A DNA stretch of 64,000 nucleotides, from IMG/VR virus record IMGVR_UViG_3300042451_001197, positions 42,820 to 106,819 of that record; one strand, given 5' to 3'. This DNA comes from a virus. Shown here piece after piece: positions 40,268 to 53,836 of the stretch; position 1 is the stretch's first letter; the number at the start of each line of letters is the position of its first letter. A program made the position numbers and the translations under genes. Under the pieces are notes generated by a model. The model worked only from the letters and a program-made list of their open reading frames with translations, was not told where the DNA came from and did not search any database.

Positions 40268-42138
40268 TTAAATAACCTTATTTAAAAGATTAAAAGCTTC
40301 AGAATCTTTAATTACGTCAAAATTTTCGGCGTAATGTCTTTGTTGTTGTGTTGGTTTGATACCATTAAAACTATCAATGTATATCATTTTAGGCATTTTG
40401 ACCATTTCATAGTCGGCTCTGTTAAGATAGATATCACCCGTTAAATCTAAAGCAAGAGCCATTAACCAAGTCTCTAACTGGAGTTTATCTCCTTTTGAGA
40501 TTCTATCTAAATTTAATTTAATATCAACAATTAACGTTAGATTACCATCATCCACAATGGCATGTATTATTTTAAAAGGAATATGGAAAGTACCTCTTCT
40601 ACCGGTAGCAATTGTCCATTCACCTGTAATACCCTCATTAAAAATTTTCTTTAATTCGGGATGTTTGTTTAAATTACTATCAATAAACTTTTCAAGTTCT
40701 TCTATACCTCCAAACAACTTCGCGGTGTCAATTACTCCGTTTTCTTCGAAATTATCTAATAGTCTATTCGCTAATTTGATGCTCATAAGTGTAAATATTT
40801 TCTTCAGGTAATTTATCTTTTTCGGTTACAAAAAACCAAATGTGTTCAAATTCATCATTATTAATTGTGATGGTGTTGTCTTCTTTCATCTTAAAATTTT
40901 ATTATAAAATAAACTAAATGTTATGTTCCAAATAGTACCATATAATCCAACATATATGATATAATAATATGGTTTCAAAATTAACTCACTATTAAATGTA
41001 ACAACAGAAATGGTTAAAAATATAATCATTAATGTTTTAAACAAATGCCAACAATCTGTTAATTGTACCGGATAGTTAATATTTTTCCATATTTTTCTAA
41101 ACCCTAATGAAGGATCACCATTAACATATTTGTTCTTCCAAGATATTTCGGCGTTCCACCACATTGGATTTAGTTTTTTAAATATTGACGTACTAAAATG
41201 GTGTGCGGAAGTATCCATAATAGAATTACAAACGGACGCTAAAATAAAAAAACTAAGGCTTACGATTAAGTCCATCTTTCCATTCTTTATAAGGTTGATA
41301 ATTTCCTAAAATAAATGTTAAAATTGTTAATATTGTTAAAACAAAAAACACAAATTCTGAACTTTCATCAACCACATATTCGTAATTTGAAAAAAGAAAA
41401 ATTAAAAGTGGTAATGTGAATAAATTAACAAATAACACAAACAATAACCTAGTTTTATTTTTTAAAAGATACTTTATATATTCCATAATTCTTGTGATAG
41501 ATATAAATTTATTAATAATAGTTTCGCCCATTTAAAATCATCAACTCTGTTTAATTTTAAATCATATTGTTTTGCGATTAATTTTAATTGGGGAATTACT
41601 TCGCTCATTCTTAATTCTCCTAAATTAGTTGTCATATTTAATTGTAAATAAATTTTTCGTTAGTTTCTAATCCTTTAACTTCGTGGGTATAAAAATTTCC
41701 AGTTCCTTTTGGGGTTTTAACCATAAATTGTTCGTAAAACACTCCATCCATAGTTGTTGATTTAATTTTCTGTATTACTTCACCTTCAATTAAATTACCT
41801 TTATCGTCCCATCTATTCGGTACCAAAACTTTACCAATTAATACGAAAACATTCTCATACAAATGTTCATTTTCTTTAACGTAAAGATACGCCGTTTCTA
41901 AATCCATTCCAACCCACTTTGGGTTACGATATTCTTTGTTTGTATCAATCCAATTATCCTCTCCTGAAAATGTTGTCCAACCTTTTGATTTTAAATAATT
42001 CTCTTTTTTAATTTTCTCCTCCAACTTCATAATATTAAATTTAATTCTTTTTCCAAACCAATTCTTCCAATCCTTAGCACTTATTTTAGTGTTAGGATTT
42101 TGTTTTAAGTAATCTTTATAGTGTTTTTTTAACTTCAT
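40268..42138 (-). CDS. hypothetical genes incl. two membrane proteins (40268-40786; 40886-41275; 41253-41531; 41638-42138)
   Basis: ORF track; hydrophobic segments. Confidence 0.6.
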
Positions 42139-42181
42139 TTCGAATTACAAAGGTAGGAAAAAAATTTAATTTTACCAAATT

Positions 42182-43201
42182 TTATAGATAGTCTCCGAAA
42201 TATTCGTTTACCATTTTATCGACTTCCCTTGAGTCTGGATAGTCAGGAACTCTAAAAGTTAAAAGTCCGTCACCTTCTTTAAGGTAAGTTTTAAATAAAC
42301 TTTCAAAATTTCCGTGATAACCTAAATTCTCACTATAACCAATATTGTTATATAAATAATCTATAATCACATTTTCAAGTGTTTTAGGTCTTACTTCAAT
42401 TTTAAACCTATATTTATCTCCGTATTTATATTCATCTTGATTTTCCCAAACAAAATAACCTTTTAGTTCATTAATAACGTTTTTATATATTTCATCGGAA
42501 TATGCCGTTTCATAAGCATTACGATGAAGACTATATAATTCAATTCCCATATCTTCCAAATTATTTTTAAATAACCAAATCATCGTGTCTTCATCTTTTA
42601 ATACATTATCAATATTTGAATTGTCTATTATAATATATTCTTCGTGTCCTTGTCTTTGAGCTTCCTCTTCCATCCAATCAGAACTTCTACCATCCAATTC
42701 TACTTGTGTTCCATTCAATTCTTTTAAAATCAATCCTTTTAAATAATTTAAATTTTCAGGATTTAATTCGTCAACAACATCTCTATATACATTATCGGTT
42801 GTGTCCCAAAAATCATAATCACCATAATCACCATCAATTCGTTTTTTAACTATTGCCTCATAGTCATAATCTCTACTTCTACCAGAATCAAAAAATTCAG
42901 ATAAATCGGACATACTTCTAAAATCACACATTATCTTACCATTCTCAATTGAGATATCGGATAAATATTTTTCAATAATCTTATTTAATATTTCCTGTTT
43001 TTTTGGTGTTTGTAATAAATTATATAAAATCTCGTTTTGAACATCCTCTAAGTCATATGAAAATGGGTCAATCATTTCCGTTAACCCGGCTTTATCAATA
43101 ATATTAAGAAAATTTTCAATTGTTTCAAAATGAGGTTGTAAAGTTTCATCCCACTCACCATCATTAAACATTTGAACTACTTTTTTAAATTTTTCACTCA
43201 T
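42182..43201 (-). CDS. large acidic hypothetical protein
   Basis: Likely start MSEKFK after TATTTAT. Confidence 0.7.
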   Translation of the reverse strand: MSEKFKKVVQMFNDGEWDETLQPHFETIENFLNIIDKAGLTEMIDPFSYDLEDVQNEILYNLLQTPKKQEILNKIIEKYLSDISIENGKIMCDFRSMSDLSEFFDSGRSRDYDYEAIVKKRIDGDYGDYDFWDTTDNVYRDVVDELNPENLNYLKGLILKELNGTQVELDGRSSDWMEEEAQRQGHEEYIIIDNSNIDNVLKDEDTMIWLFKNNLEDMGIELYSLHRNAYETAYSDEIYKNVINELKGYFVWENQDEYKYGDKYRFKIEVRPKTLENVIIDYLYNNIGYSENLGYHGNFESLFKTYLKEGDGLLTFRVPDYPDSREVDKMVNEYFGDYL

Positions 43202-43709
43202 AACAAATAAATATCTTACAAGGGTATTATTTAGCAAAAATTTGTGTTATTAGGTTATTTGGAGGTAATGGACTATAATAACTAATAAGAAAACTATGTT
43301 CGGTTTCTGAAACTATTATTCCATAAGTTCTAATTTCTCTCGGACCTATTAAGGTGTCATTATCTAAGTTAATTTTAACTACCACGTAGTTATTACCAAT
43401 ATATTCTATCATAATTTTTAATTAACAATTCTCATTATTGTATTAGCGATTGGTAGTCTCAATACGGGGACTCTGACCGTACTTTCACCATTAGAATGGG
43501 GAACATCTTGTAATACCAAGTAATAACCTTCGGGACTTGATTGTACTGTCGGTACGTTTTCATAAAAAACCAATTTTACCGTTGTTGTTAAATCCGGATA
43601 AATTGCCAGATTTTTTAGTTTTGTGTTAAATGTTACAACTATCATACTTACTTTATTTATAATACAAAGATACTAAATTTATTTTGATTTACAAAATATT
43701 TATAATGAT

Positions 43710-44777
43710 ATGAGTTTTAGAAGTGGTGTACTGAATAACAAAATGCTTAAAATATATATTGACAAATATATAGATGGTGAGTTGGATTTTTATGGTATAA
43801 AACTAATCCCAACTATTACCGATAATCAAGGTATGGTGTGGAATGTTGAAAATCCTAAAAATTTATCTTTCACTAATTATGCTGCAACAATGTTCATATA
43901 TGATTCTTTATTAGAATACCACGCTTTATTAGGTGACGCAAACCTTAATTACACCGAATCAATTAGAAAAATTTCAAGTTATTGTTATTTTAATTTTGGA
44001 GATGAAATTACAGGTGAGTTTTTTGAAAAATTGTATAGAGAGGCTTCTAAAATAAAAAATATTGAGTTTCCCGCCATTAATAAATCACCAGGGTTTTATT
44101 CTGATTGTAAGGTTAAAGTAATTGATTTATTTTCGGATGATAATGAATTAGAATTATCATTAGATGTTTTTTTAAAAAATGCTACCGATAATTTAACAGG
44201 TGAAATTATAGATGATGAAGAAAAAATCTCTGACATAATCAGTAAACTGATAGATGATGGTTATATTTTTGATTTAGAAAATGATTTTTCTGAAAATATT
44301 TTAAGTTTAATTAGAAGTGACAAACGTGTATTTGATATGGATACATCATACACTAGAATTAGTCCGATATACTTTTTTAAAGGTAGTAGATTGACTTATT
44401 AAAGTTTAAAAACTAGCCCTTATATTAACACAAACATCAGGTATATGTTTGAAAAGTTCATTTTCAATATACTCGTAAAGTTCATCCCAACCGGTTTCGG
44501 TTAAGTCATCTTTATAATAGAAATCTTCCCATTCATCATTAAAATTCATAGATAATTTATTTATTTTTAAATGAATAGTCCCTTCATATATACAAGGGAT
44601 TAGGTCAATTCTTGATTCTAAACTAGTTTCTTTTAACGATACTTTAACAGGTGAGAAATTTATTTTAACATAAATACTATCATCATCGTAAGTATTATAA
44701 ACCCAACCCTCATACGGTTCTTTGGATATTAACTCAATGAATTTAAATACAACTTTTTCAACATTCTCAACATTCAT
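43710..44777. CDS. convergent hypothetical genes 43710-44402 (+) and 44406-44777 (-)
   Basis: ORF track; both have TATTTAT upstream. Confidence 0.65.
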
Positions 44778-44835
44778 ACAATGATAAATATAATTGATAA
44801 TGTCTTTTTTTATAATTAAATTTGTAAAAAAAATT

Positions 44836-45183
44836 ATGCACCCGATTATACACGCAAAATCATCAGCAAAAAAATTCGGTGGAAAATGGGAAGATTATAT
44901 CCATATCCACGAATGGTTTGACCAAACAAAGGCATGGATACCTAATACTGACCATAGAGTATTTTTACATCATTCTGAAGGTATATTCTTATGTGAAAAG
45001 TTTTTCGGCCCTAGTTTTGAAAATAGTGATGGTAAAATAGTATACACTAGATATATTGGAGAACAACACGTAAGAGAAGATCTCTATAACCATATTCCAA
45101 CATCAAAAGAATTTTTTGATACGTTACGGGCAAATCAAAGACCTATGTGGATTATAAGAACAATGGATATTGGAATTGATTAA
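44836..45183 (+). CDS. DUF6915-like protein
   Basis: MHP..HAKSSAKKFGG..EDY..IH.WFD..HR..HHSEG..GEQHV.ED. Confidence 0.7.
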   Translation: MHPIIHAKSSAKKFGGKWEDYIHIHEWFDQTKAWIPNTDHRVFLHHSEGIFLCEKFFGPSFENSDGKIVYTRYIGEQHVREDLYNHIPTSKEFFDTLRANQRPMWIIRTMDIGID

Positions 45184-45212
45184 TTTTTTTATGTTTGTAA
45201 TATTTATTAGTT

Positions 45213-45875
45213 ATGGAACTAAGTAAAGAAGATTTAAAAACGTTAAAATTATTCGCATATATGTGTAAATCATATGGTATTGATGAGGCTGTGGTTGAAG
45301 TTCAATTTTACGGTGGAGGTGATTCAGATATTGATGTTTACGCTTATGAAGTAGACGGACCTAGTAAGGTTGAATTGTATGACGCAATTTCTAATTTAAT
45401 TCAAAGAATTATTGATGAAAATGATTTATCAGATTATGCTTATGACGATTCAACAGAAAGAGGATATTTAAGTTTTAATTTTGATTGTAACGAAAAAAAC
45501 TTAAAAGTTGTTGGATATAGTTATGTTATGTCGTCTAAACCTATGGGTGATAGATTTGAAGAAGAACAATTATCTGAAAATTATCCTTCAGTTATTGAAT
45601 TTTTAAACGGACTTAAAGATTCAGGTGAGATTAAAAAAGAAGTTTATTTTAATGGTGGTGGAGATAGTGGTGAAGTCGAATCTTATGGAATACCTAAAGA
45701 TGTTGAGGATTTCCTTTACTATTGGTTAAGTGTATTTTACGGGGGTTGGGAAATTAATGAGGGTTCTTATGGTGAATTTGTTTTTGATACCAATGATATG
45801 TCCGTAACATTAAATTTTAATGAGAATGTAGAAATGGCCGAAAGTAATGGTCAAGTATTTTACGTTGAATTTTAA
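45213..45875 (+). CDS. DUF6878-like duplicated-domain protein
   Basis: F.GGGDS twice; GWEINEGSYG. Confidence 0.65.
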   Translation: MELSKEDLKTLKLFAYMCKSYGIDEAVVEVQFYGGGDSDIDVYAYEVDGPSKVELYDAISNLIQRIIDENDLSDYAYDDSTERGYLSFNFDCNEKNLKVVGYSYVMSSKPMGDRFEEEQLSENYPSVIEFLNGLKDSGEIKKEVYFNGGGDSGEVESYGIPKDVEDFLYYWLSVFYGGWEINEGSYGEFVFDTNDMSVTLNFNENVEMAESNGQVFYVEF

Positions 45876-46312
45876 TTCAAAAATCTTAATTTATATAATG
45901 TCGAATTAATTAACTGACACACATTATCAATTTGATTTTGTATGTAGGAATCATCACAACATTTTCTTAAAGATTCTACTTTTGAACATAAATCCTGTAA
46001 GTATTTAATGGTCATCTCAGGTGTCTTATAGTTCATAATATCATATGACTTATAACCTTTTAACAATTCATATTTACCCTGATATGATTCAACAAGACCA
46101 TCAACAAGGTCTCCAATCTCATCGTAATATTCGTTAAGTGCCTTATGCTCCGCAAATGATTTTGTTTGTAGGTGTAATATATGTATTTGAGTTCTTGAAT
46201 GTAATATCAAAGATATCATCTCTGTAAAATCAGAGGTTCCGCTTTTTTGTTCGACAACTAATCCTCTTTTTTTAACTTCTTCAAATAGTTTCTTTTTAAT
46301 ATTCTCGTTCAT
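45872..46312 (-). CDS. ferritin-like DUF5856 family protein
   Basis: H..HLQT.SFAEHKALNEYYD..LVESYQG..TLYKLRFL. Confidence 0.75.
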   Translation of the reverse strand: MNENIKKKLFEEVKKRGLVVEQKSGTSDFTEMISLILHSRTQIHILHLQTKSFAEHKALNEYYDEIGDLVDGLVESYQGKYELLKGYKSYDIMNYKTPEMTIKYLQDLCSKVESLRKCCDDSYIQNQIDNVCQLINSTLYKLRFLN

Positions 46313-47008
46313 ATGACGTATTTTAATCTATAAATATCACTCATACTGAAAACGGACAAAAATTTTACCTTCAATATAGAAACTTCTTATATAGTATTTA
46401 AAATAATCATATACCTCATCCTCCATCATTTTTTTAGATGTCTTATTGTTATAACCTTTAATTATTAAAGCGAAGTAATATTCGTTATTATAATCATCCA
46501 AAACGTTTTTATCAGTAAGATATACTGAAACACTCTTATTATCGGAAAGAGTTATTACCATCGGTATTTCTTTGTGTTTTTTAATTATTTCTTCTATCAT
46601 AATAATAAATATAACAAAATAAGGAGGTTTTCACCTCCTTATTGGACCCATCAGGGTTTAGTCCACCACCTTATTTAACGAACAAGGAAACGTTTACTTT
46701 AAAAGGTGATTACTTTGTTACTAACGCCTCGATTTTACTTTTCATATGATCTGACAATTCATAGTTTTCGGTATTTGTAAGAACTACTGAATCCGCCAAA
46801 TATTTGTATGGAAGATGAACCAAAAAATCCAAACCATTAAAGAACGTTAAATCGTTTTTAAGTTCCAAACATCCGTGAATCATTTTTAAAAATAATTTGA
46901 ATTGTTTTTGGTCTACGAATGTTTCATTAAGAACTTTACCAAATTTTTCATTCTCAATCGTTACGTTGTATTTCATTGTTATCATAATACAAAGATACGA
47001 AAATTATT

Positions 47009-48414
47009 TCAATTTGCCAAATTTATTTTTGAATGTTTTAAATAAAAGTCGGGGAAACTTTCATCAGTATACCACTCATATTTTATTCTTCTGTCATTTT
47101 CATCGTAGAATTCATAGTCATCATTGTCGTACGCTTTATTAATAACCAACATATCTTTAAGATGATACTTTTCTTCACCTATTTGACACCACATATCATC
47201 CCTATTGTATGAACTCCAAATATCACACTTAATTAGATTTTTTTCAGATTTAACAATTTTATCCAATAACAACATAAAAGCACCATCTTTAATTGATTCT
47301 AATCTTTTTCTCCACCCTCCCCTTCTTTGGTCATCTAACATTTCTTCAAATAGTGATTGAATTTTGTTATGAAGAATTAATTCATCAAAAGTACATATTA
47401 AACCATATCCCCAATAACTATTCTCAACTAAAAAGTTAAGTGTGACATCCTTTTCCTCAAATTCATCGGTTTCTGAACAATAACCACTTCTTTTAATAGT
47501 TATTGTTCCTATTGAAAACTCCACTTTTTTATGTCCATACTCAATTATAAGGTCTTCATAATTGTCTTTAACATTATGGTCGGGGATTTTTAATATTTCT
47601 TCATCCCTTTCTTTTACTTTCAACCATTTCTCAGAACCAGGTTTATATTCATTAAGTTTTGATGAATAGGTTTTTTTTTGATAAAATTCTGAAATCTTAT
47701 CCCTAACATAACCACAATTAATGAAGTCTTTTAATGAATATATATTTTTTAAATCAACTACCTTGTCCATCTTCTTGTTTATTAATTCGTTCTTTGATTG
47801 TTACAAATCTTCTAACTTCTCTACCTAAATCTTGGTCATTTGTATAATTTTTAACCAACATTTCTATCATTTCCATTCTAAGAGATTCGTGTTTTAACGA
47901 CAACTCATCTTTCTTTTTTTCTTCAGAATTCATATGCAAATTTTAAGTATTTTTCTTTTAAAATTAATTCGTAATAATTAATCGTTTTTGTTTCACTTTT
48001 GGATGACACCGTATATACCATAGGAAATTCCTTAATACATTTTTTAATTCTATCTTCCTTTGATAAGAGTTTACTTGTACTCTTTTCATAGTATAACCAA
48101 GCCTCCCAATAATGATGATACTCTGGTGGTTCAAAAGTTACAGCGATTTGATAACCAAAGAACACGAATGAAAAAACTGGAGACCACTCAAATCTGTAAT
48201 CAGTTTCAGTCCATTTTGTTTTCCACCCCAACCCAACAAAATCGAACCCAATTCTTTTTGGTACAGGTTTCTGATATCTAGGATTTTGAGGGTCTTTAAC
48301 CCATCTTCTTGGATAGAAGAATGGTGTTCCTACCGCAGTTTTTCCAAAATACCAATTAAGTTTTGGTCTTTTAAATGGTGAATTAAATGCTTTCAAAAAA
48401 TCTAACGTTCTCAT
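47009..48414 (-). CDS. hypothetical genes (47009-47770; 47754-47939; 47923-48414)
   Basis: ORF track. Confidence 0.6.
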
Positions 48415-48797
48415 TTACTTATATACTTTTCAGCGTTTTTTAAATATTCTCTAATGTTACGATTTCCTACCGGGTTAGCGGAATGTACAAACCATTTAGG
48501 GATTTTTTTATCATTATTAATACAATATTCCACTAACCATTTAGCCGCGTCATATCCGGTCTTTTCTTTAAAATCTCCATCGATAGGATCTGGTGGATTT
48601 TCGTGTCCTCCATTATTAAAGAAGAACCTTGTATGTTCAAAACCCAAATCGTGGTCAAAACTAACAAATTCGGGAATTCCGTATTTGTTAATATAATTAA
48701 CAAACTGATGAAAGTCACGAACAATTACCCACTCATTTGAATCAAATTCGGGATAAACCATATCAATTGTTCTTACATCGTCAAGAAATACTTTCAT
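48411..48797 (-). CDS. cyclic-phosphate processing receiver-like domain protein
   Basis: VFLDDVR, VSFDHDLG, KTGYD, HSANPVG. Confidence 0.8.
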   Translation of the reverse strand: MKVFLDDVRTIDMVYPEFDSNEWVIVRDFHQFVNYINKYGIPEFVSFDHDLGFEHTRFFFNNGGHENPPDPIDGDFKEKTGYDAAKWLVEYCINNDKKIPKWFVHSANPVGNRNIREYLKNAEKYISK

Positions 48798-49804
48798 TTT
48801 TAAACCATTTTAGATATCATAACTATTTTACTTTGAATTTCTCCTGTAAGGTCATTATAGTCCATATCAGAATACTTCTCAGAATGTCCCATCTCATTTA
48901 AAAGTTTCTTACGAGAATTTGAAGTACTATGTTCCCAAATTGTTTTTAAATACTTGTTAGTTTTCTCATCGGTAATATCCGCAACAAATTTTATTTTCAT
49001 AATACAAAGATAATAAATTTTTTTTAATCTACAAAAAAAATACTTTCTAATTGAATAAACGAATTTGGTATCCATTTTGTCTCGATTCTATATCTTAATT
49101 CTGACATAAAATCATCGTATTCTATCTCATCTTCTTCTTTTGAGTTAGAATATATGTCAACATATATCGTTACTCTTGTTTGAGATGTGACTCTATCAAC
49201 CACAATTTTATCTATTGAGTTAATAATTCTTAACTCTTCCATTTCACCCAAACCCCATTCTTCGGATTCTTTAACGATTGAATCCAATTCTGAATCAATC
49301 ACATTTTGGCAAACTATTTTTATTTTTTCATCTTTCATATTCTATTGATCTAATAAACTGGCGATAGCCGAAATTATATAGATAAATACAAAATATAATA
49401 GGATAGTAATAAAAAGATTTATTGTGAATGTAAATAACCACAATAATAATCTAATCAAAGGAAACCATTCAGATGCTGAAACCGGAAATAAACTCATTAT
49501 TGAGTTAACAACCGTACTACCAACAAGGTAGAAGAAGAAAATAAATGTTCCAAAGAATAATATTTTACCTATTGTTTTCATAATACAAAGATACAAAATT
49601 TAGTTTAATCCGCCAAATTTATTTTAAATTTTTACCTTTAAATAATTTGAAAAACCCGTGAAAAATTAATATTATAAAGAATACTCCTAAAATTATTAAA
49701 ATAGTTATAGGGTATTTCAAACACAATTGAAAATACCCATAAAGTAGAAATAATGTTCCTATTGTAGCTAATGTCGATTTTAAAATTAGTTTTGTCATAT
49801 TTTT

Positions 49805-50332
49805 TTATTTAACTAGATATCTGTAATGAGGTTTTTGAATTTCTCCTTCCGCTATTATGGTGAACGCTCTAACACTTTTTTCACCATCACTTAAAGTCAT
49901 CTCGATATTAACACCAACGTGTCCTGTTACAACGGACATATTATCAATATTCAATTTTTTAACTTCGATTCTGTGAGCAAGTTTAATTAAAGAACTTTCA
50001 TAATGGTCTTCAGCCTTTTTAATTTCTTTTTGAATGAACTTATCTTTACCCATATTTAAAGTTTTCCTAATTTCGTCTTGTATTCTTCTATAAGTTACAG
50101 AATTTTTTGTATTATAAAAACCTGATGGAAAAGAATAAAAACTACTTGTCGGTAAATGTTTGTTTTTTAATTCAGGTTCTAAACCAAAATACTTACACCA
50201 ATCGATATCACTCCACTTACTTTTTTTAACCAGGTCTTCATATTTTTTTTCAGACCATTTTTGAGTCATTTCGATAAATTGTTCTTTTAATGTTGTTGTT
50301 TCGGTTCGTAGTATGTTTATTAATTTTTCCAT
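49805..50332 (-). CDS. conserved phage hypothetical protein (I.A.GEIQKPHYRYLVK)
   Basis: ORF track; TATCTTTG promoter. Confidence 0.7.
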   Translation of the reverse strand: MEKLINILRTETTTLKEQFIEMTQKWSEKKYEDLVKKSKWSDIDWCKYFGLEPELKNKHLPTSSFYSFPSGFYNTKNSVTYRRIQDEIRKTLNMGKDKFIQKEIKKAEDHYESSLIKLAHRIEVKKLNIDNMSVVTGHVGVNIEMTLSDGEKSVRAFTIIAEGEIQKPHYRYLVK

Positions 50333-50379
50333 AATACAAAGATACGAACTTTATTTCAATCTGCCAAATTTATTTTTTG

Positions 50380-50487
50380 TAGTCAGGTCAGGGATCGAAC
50401 CTGCATTTATACCACTACATAACTCTCTTTATGGGTGAGCCGCACGAACTCTTGTTATGTATGTGTTACCAATTCCGCCACCTGACT
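50380..50487 (-). ncRNA. tRNA-like RNA with expanded, non-canonical anticodon region
   Basis: AGTCAGG/CCTGACT acceptor, TGGCGGAATTGGT D region, CAGGTTCGATCCCTG T arm. Confidence 0.65.
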
Positions 50488-51140
50488 ATTAAGTGGCAAT
50501 AACCACTAATAACTACTACTAGATCTTAATTGATTTTCTTCAAATGTCGCACTTTCCCACTCATCGTCTTCGTGATTTGTTACGTTATGAAAATACCTTG
50601 ACAAACTATCCGCAATTTCAATTAGTTTTGGGTCGTTTCTCCAACCTCTAATCGTACAATCATTGTTGATTCTACCTAACATTCCTCCACCTAAATAATT
50701 TTGGTAGGCAGTCATTTTTTCACCAGGATAACCCCATTGAGTTAGGTCGATTTCAACTCCACCACCTCTATATGATGCTTCGATACGTAATGTTGTTTCT
50801 TTAATTTTGTCGATTGTTTCTTGTGTTAGTTTACTCATATTGTTATTGTTTTTATTTATAATACAAAGATACAAAATTTACTTTAATCTGCCAAATTTAT
50901 TTTGACTTTTCTAAAAAATACTCAATATTATCTTTTTTAAACGTCCATTTTATGAATTTTTCAGACATTCCGTTGAAGTAGTGGGAGTCTAATGCGTCAT
51001 TAATAAACTCAATTATCATCTCTTCTTGGATATTTTCGTCAGTAATTTCGAGTTCTTTCATTCTATTTAAAACTCCATCGGGTATATTAATCATTATTTT
51101 CATAACACAAAGATACTAATTATTTTCTAATCCACCAAAT

Positions 51141-51590
51141 TTATTTTGTTCTGTCAATTACAACGTAAATAGTGTCAATAACTCTACCTGTCACTTTCGG
51201 TTCTTGGTTATTAAAAACATTACCAAAGTTTTTTTCCAATACCTCAACTTTTGTTATAAAGTGATTTGTAAGACCTCTGTTTGAAAACCAATTCCATCCT
51301 TTTGTTTGATGATATACTAATTTAACTTTCCATCCGTGTTGTGCCGCGGAATCCAATTTGTTGATAACCTCTTGATTTGGGTTATCGTTGTCTATTGAGA
51401 AGTCAAAAGGTATTGAACTATTCATACCTGTTTGAGTTACGTTTAAGTGTCCCTCCCAACTTTTCCAAATTAAACCTGTCTCTGAGAATTGTGTTATCAC
51501 TCCGATTCGTTCTCCATTTGAATAGTTTTCTGAACAACTTGATAGGGTTAATAAACCCAACAATGATAGTGATAAGATTATTTTTTTCAT
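51141..51590 (-). CDS. lipoprotein (NYSNGERIG..G..WKSWEG family)
   Basis: Lipobox LSSC. Confidence 0.7.
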   Translation of the reverse strand: MKKIILSLSLLGLLTLSSCSENYSNGERIGVITQFSETGLIWKSWEGHLNVTQTGMNSSIPFDFSIDNDNPNQEVINKLDSAAQHGWKVKLVYHQTKGWNWFSNRGLTNHFITKVEVLEKNFGNVFNNQEPKVTGRVIDTIYVVIDRTK

Positions 51591-51637
51591 AATACAAAGA
51601 TATAAATTTTATTTGAGGTAACCAAATTTATTTTTAA

Positions 51638-51707
51638 GTTCGGATAGAATTACGATATCTCATACCACGTTTTGAGACCGCAATTCTAGTCTTTAGAGTA
51701 TCCGAAC
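51638..51707 (-). ncRNA. degenerate tRNA-like element (Trp-like anticodon arm remnant)
   Basis: GTTCGGA/TCCGAAC ends, 70 nt, GCGGTCTCAAAACG; T loop non-canonical. Confidence 0.35.
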
Positions 51708-52206
51708 TTTTATTCTTCTATTGAAATATCATACGTTTCTTCATCCTCAATGGAATCCCATTCCAAATCTTGATTAGAACGATAATCAACTTCATCCAGA
51801 AATTTTTGTTCATCCTGATAAAATAATTCCGCATCTTCATCACTTATTTCTGCTGAGTATTTACATATTGTTGTAAATTTTTCAAACCAAACTAATTTTT
51901 TTACCATAATATTTTTTTTAATAAAGATACGAAATTTATTCTAATAATCCAAACTTAAACCATTTTCATATACAATGTCTCTTAACATCTGTCTATATTT
52001 CTCAGCAATTTGATACTCCATTTCTGACGCTTCTTCTCCTTCAGTTATTACACTATTTCCATACTTTGTGGTGGCTCTAAGTTTATTATCTAATTCATCC
52101 ACAACGTGTCTCCACTTCCAACCATTTAACGCCGCTGACGCTGATTCAAATTCTGTTTCACTATCAAATTCTAAAATTATTTTACTCATAAGTTTTATTT
52201 TTTAAA

Positions 52207-52309
52207 TGGAACTAAGATGGGACTCGAACCCACAATGTGAACCTGTCTCAGGTACCATAACCGTTTCGGCTTTGATGTCTAGAACATCGGACTATTCACT
52301 ACTTAATTC
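52207..52309 (-). ncRNA. tRNA-like RNA with T arm, encoded CCA and three small internal hairpins
   Basis: GAATTAAG/CTTAGTTC, GTGGGTTCGAGTCCCAT, own TATCTTTG promoter. Confidence 0.55.
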
Positions 52310-53836
52310 TCTAACACAAAGATACTAATTATTTCTTAATCCTGATAAATTTTAGAAACAACCTCATCAACTAATTTAACCGCATTTAGAATATCCCTTT
52401 CCTTATCTTTCTCATACCCCACATAACTTACGGTATGTGTGTGACCAATATCTAACTTATTTAGAATATACTTAAATTCACCATTAGAATCCATAACATA
52501 GACATCAACATTACTAACTCCGTTTCTCAAGTCATAAACTAACTTGAATTTTTTACCGTTAAGTTCAAAAAATCTTGACAATCTTCCTACCTCACGATTA
52601 ACTATTTTAGATTCGTGTATGACTTTAATTTTACTTGTTGTGGTTGTTTTTTTAGTTCTCATAATACAAAGATACAAAATTTAATTTAATCTGCCAAATT
52701 TATTTTAATTAACTCCAAGCCAATTGAAATGTTAAACTCATTCCCCAAGGTAATTTGTAAGCCATAAACCCACCTGTACCAACATTAATAACTTCATTAC
52801 TATACGCCGCTCGTGTCAGTAAACTCCTTGCGGTATTTCTTAGGTCTTGAATATCAGGAACTTTCATACCCGATGAACTACCCATATACCATTGGTGGTT
52901 GGTTTCTACCATATGTTGATGAACCTTCTCAAAATTAAAGGTTGACATTATTTTTGAGTTTTGTTCTTCTAATTCCGATTCTGTAAATTTTTTCTGTGTC
53001 ATTGTTGTTGTTTTAATTGTTTTACAAATATACAAAATTTGTTTTAATCTACCAAATTTATTTTGTTTAAAATTACCCCCAAAACTATACTATTAGTATT
53101 GAAAATCGAATAAAAATAAACAAACCTTAATCAATCATATTAACCCAATCGTTTTTAAAGTCAGGATAGTATAATTTAAACTTATTAAATCTGGTCGTCA
53201 TTGAGTCGATCTCGATTGATACGACAAAAGCGTATAACAAACAAATGTACTCACCATTGTTAAATGATTTAATTAAAAGGAGGGTTAAGAAATAACATAC
53301 AATTATGTTAAATATTTCCCTGATTGAATAGTCTAGTAGTTTCATAATTTATTTTAAGCGTCTAAAGTTTGAATTAAGTACATCATCGATTTATTTCTAT
53401 CCCCTTCACATTCTCTAACCCATAATGATATTGTATCAACAAGGTCTTCCAAATATTCTTCTGAGGAGATTGCTTCCAAGTATTCTTCACTATGTGAATT
53501 ACTTTGTGTTTCACAAAATACAAAGTGTTCTATTATATCTTTATTTGTCATATTAATCTTTATAAGGGTCTAACACAACTTTAGTAATTGAAACCATCAT
53601 CATCACAAAGGAGACATACGTGATACCATATTGTTCTGTAATCAAACCATACATCCCCATAATTAATAACCCAACAATTCCAAGTAGGATTATCGTGTCA
53701 AACATTTTTATAAGTTTATTTTCCATATCATTTTTAGTTTATTAATACAAAGATAGTATTTTTTATTTAGAAAACAAAATAAATCGAACTTATGATGATA
53801 TTTATTATATATAAACTAAGTTCGAAAAAAAATATT

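Noticed and set aside
46640-46695. Small structured intergenic segment containing CTGATG (hammerhead-like word)
   Set aside because: The remaining hammerhead core and stems cannot be built; it may be another small RNA, but support is insufficient.
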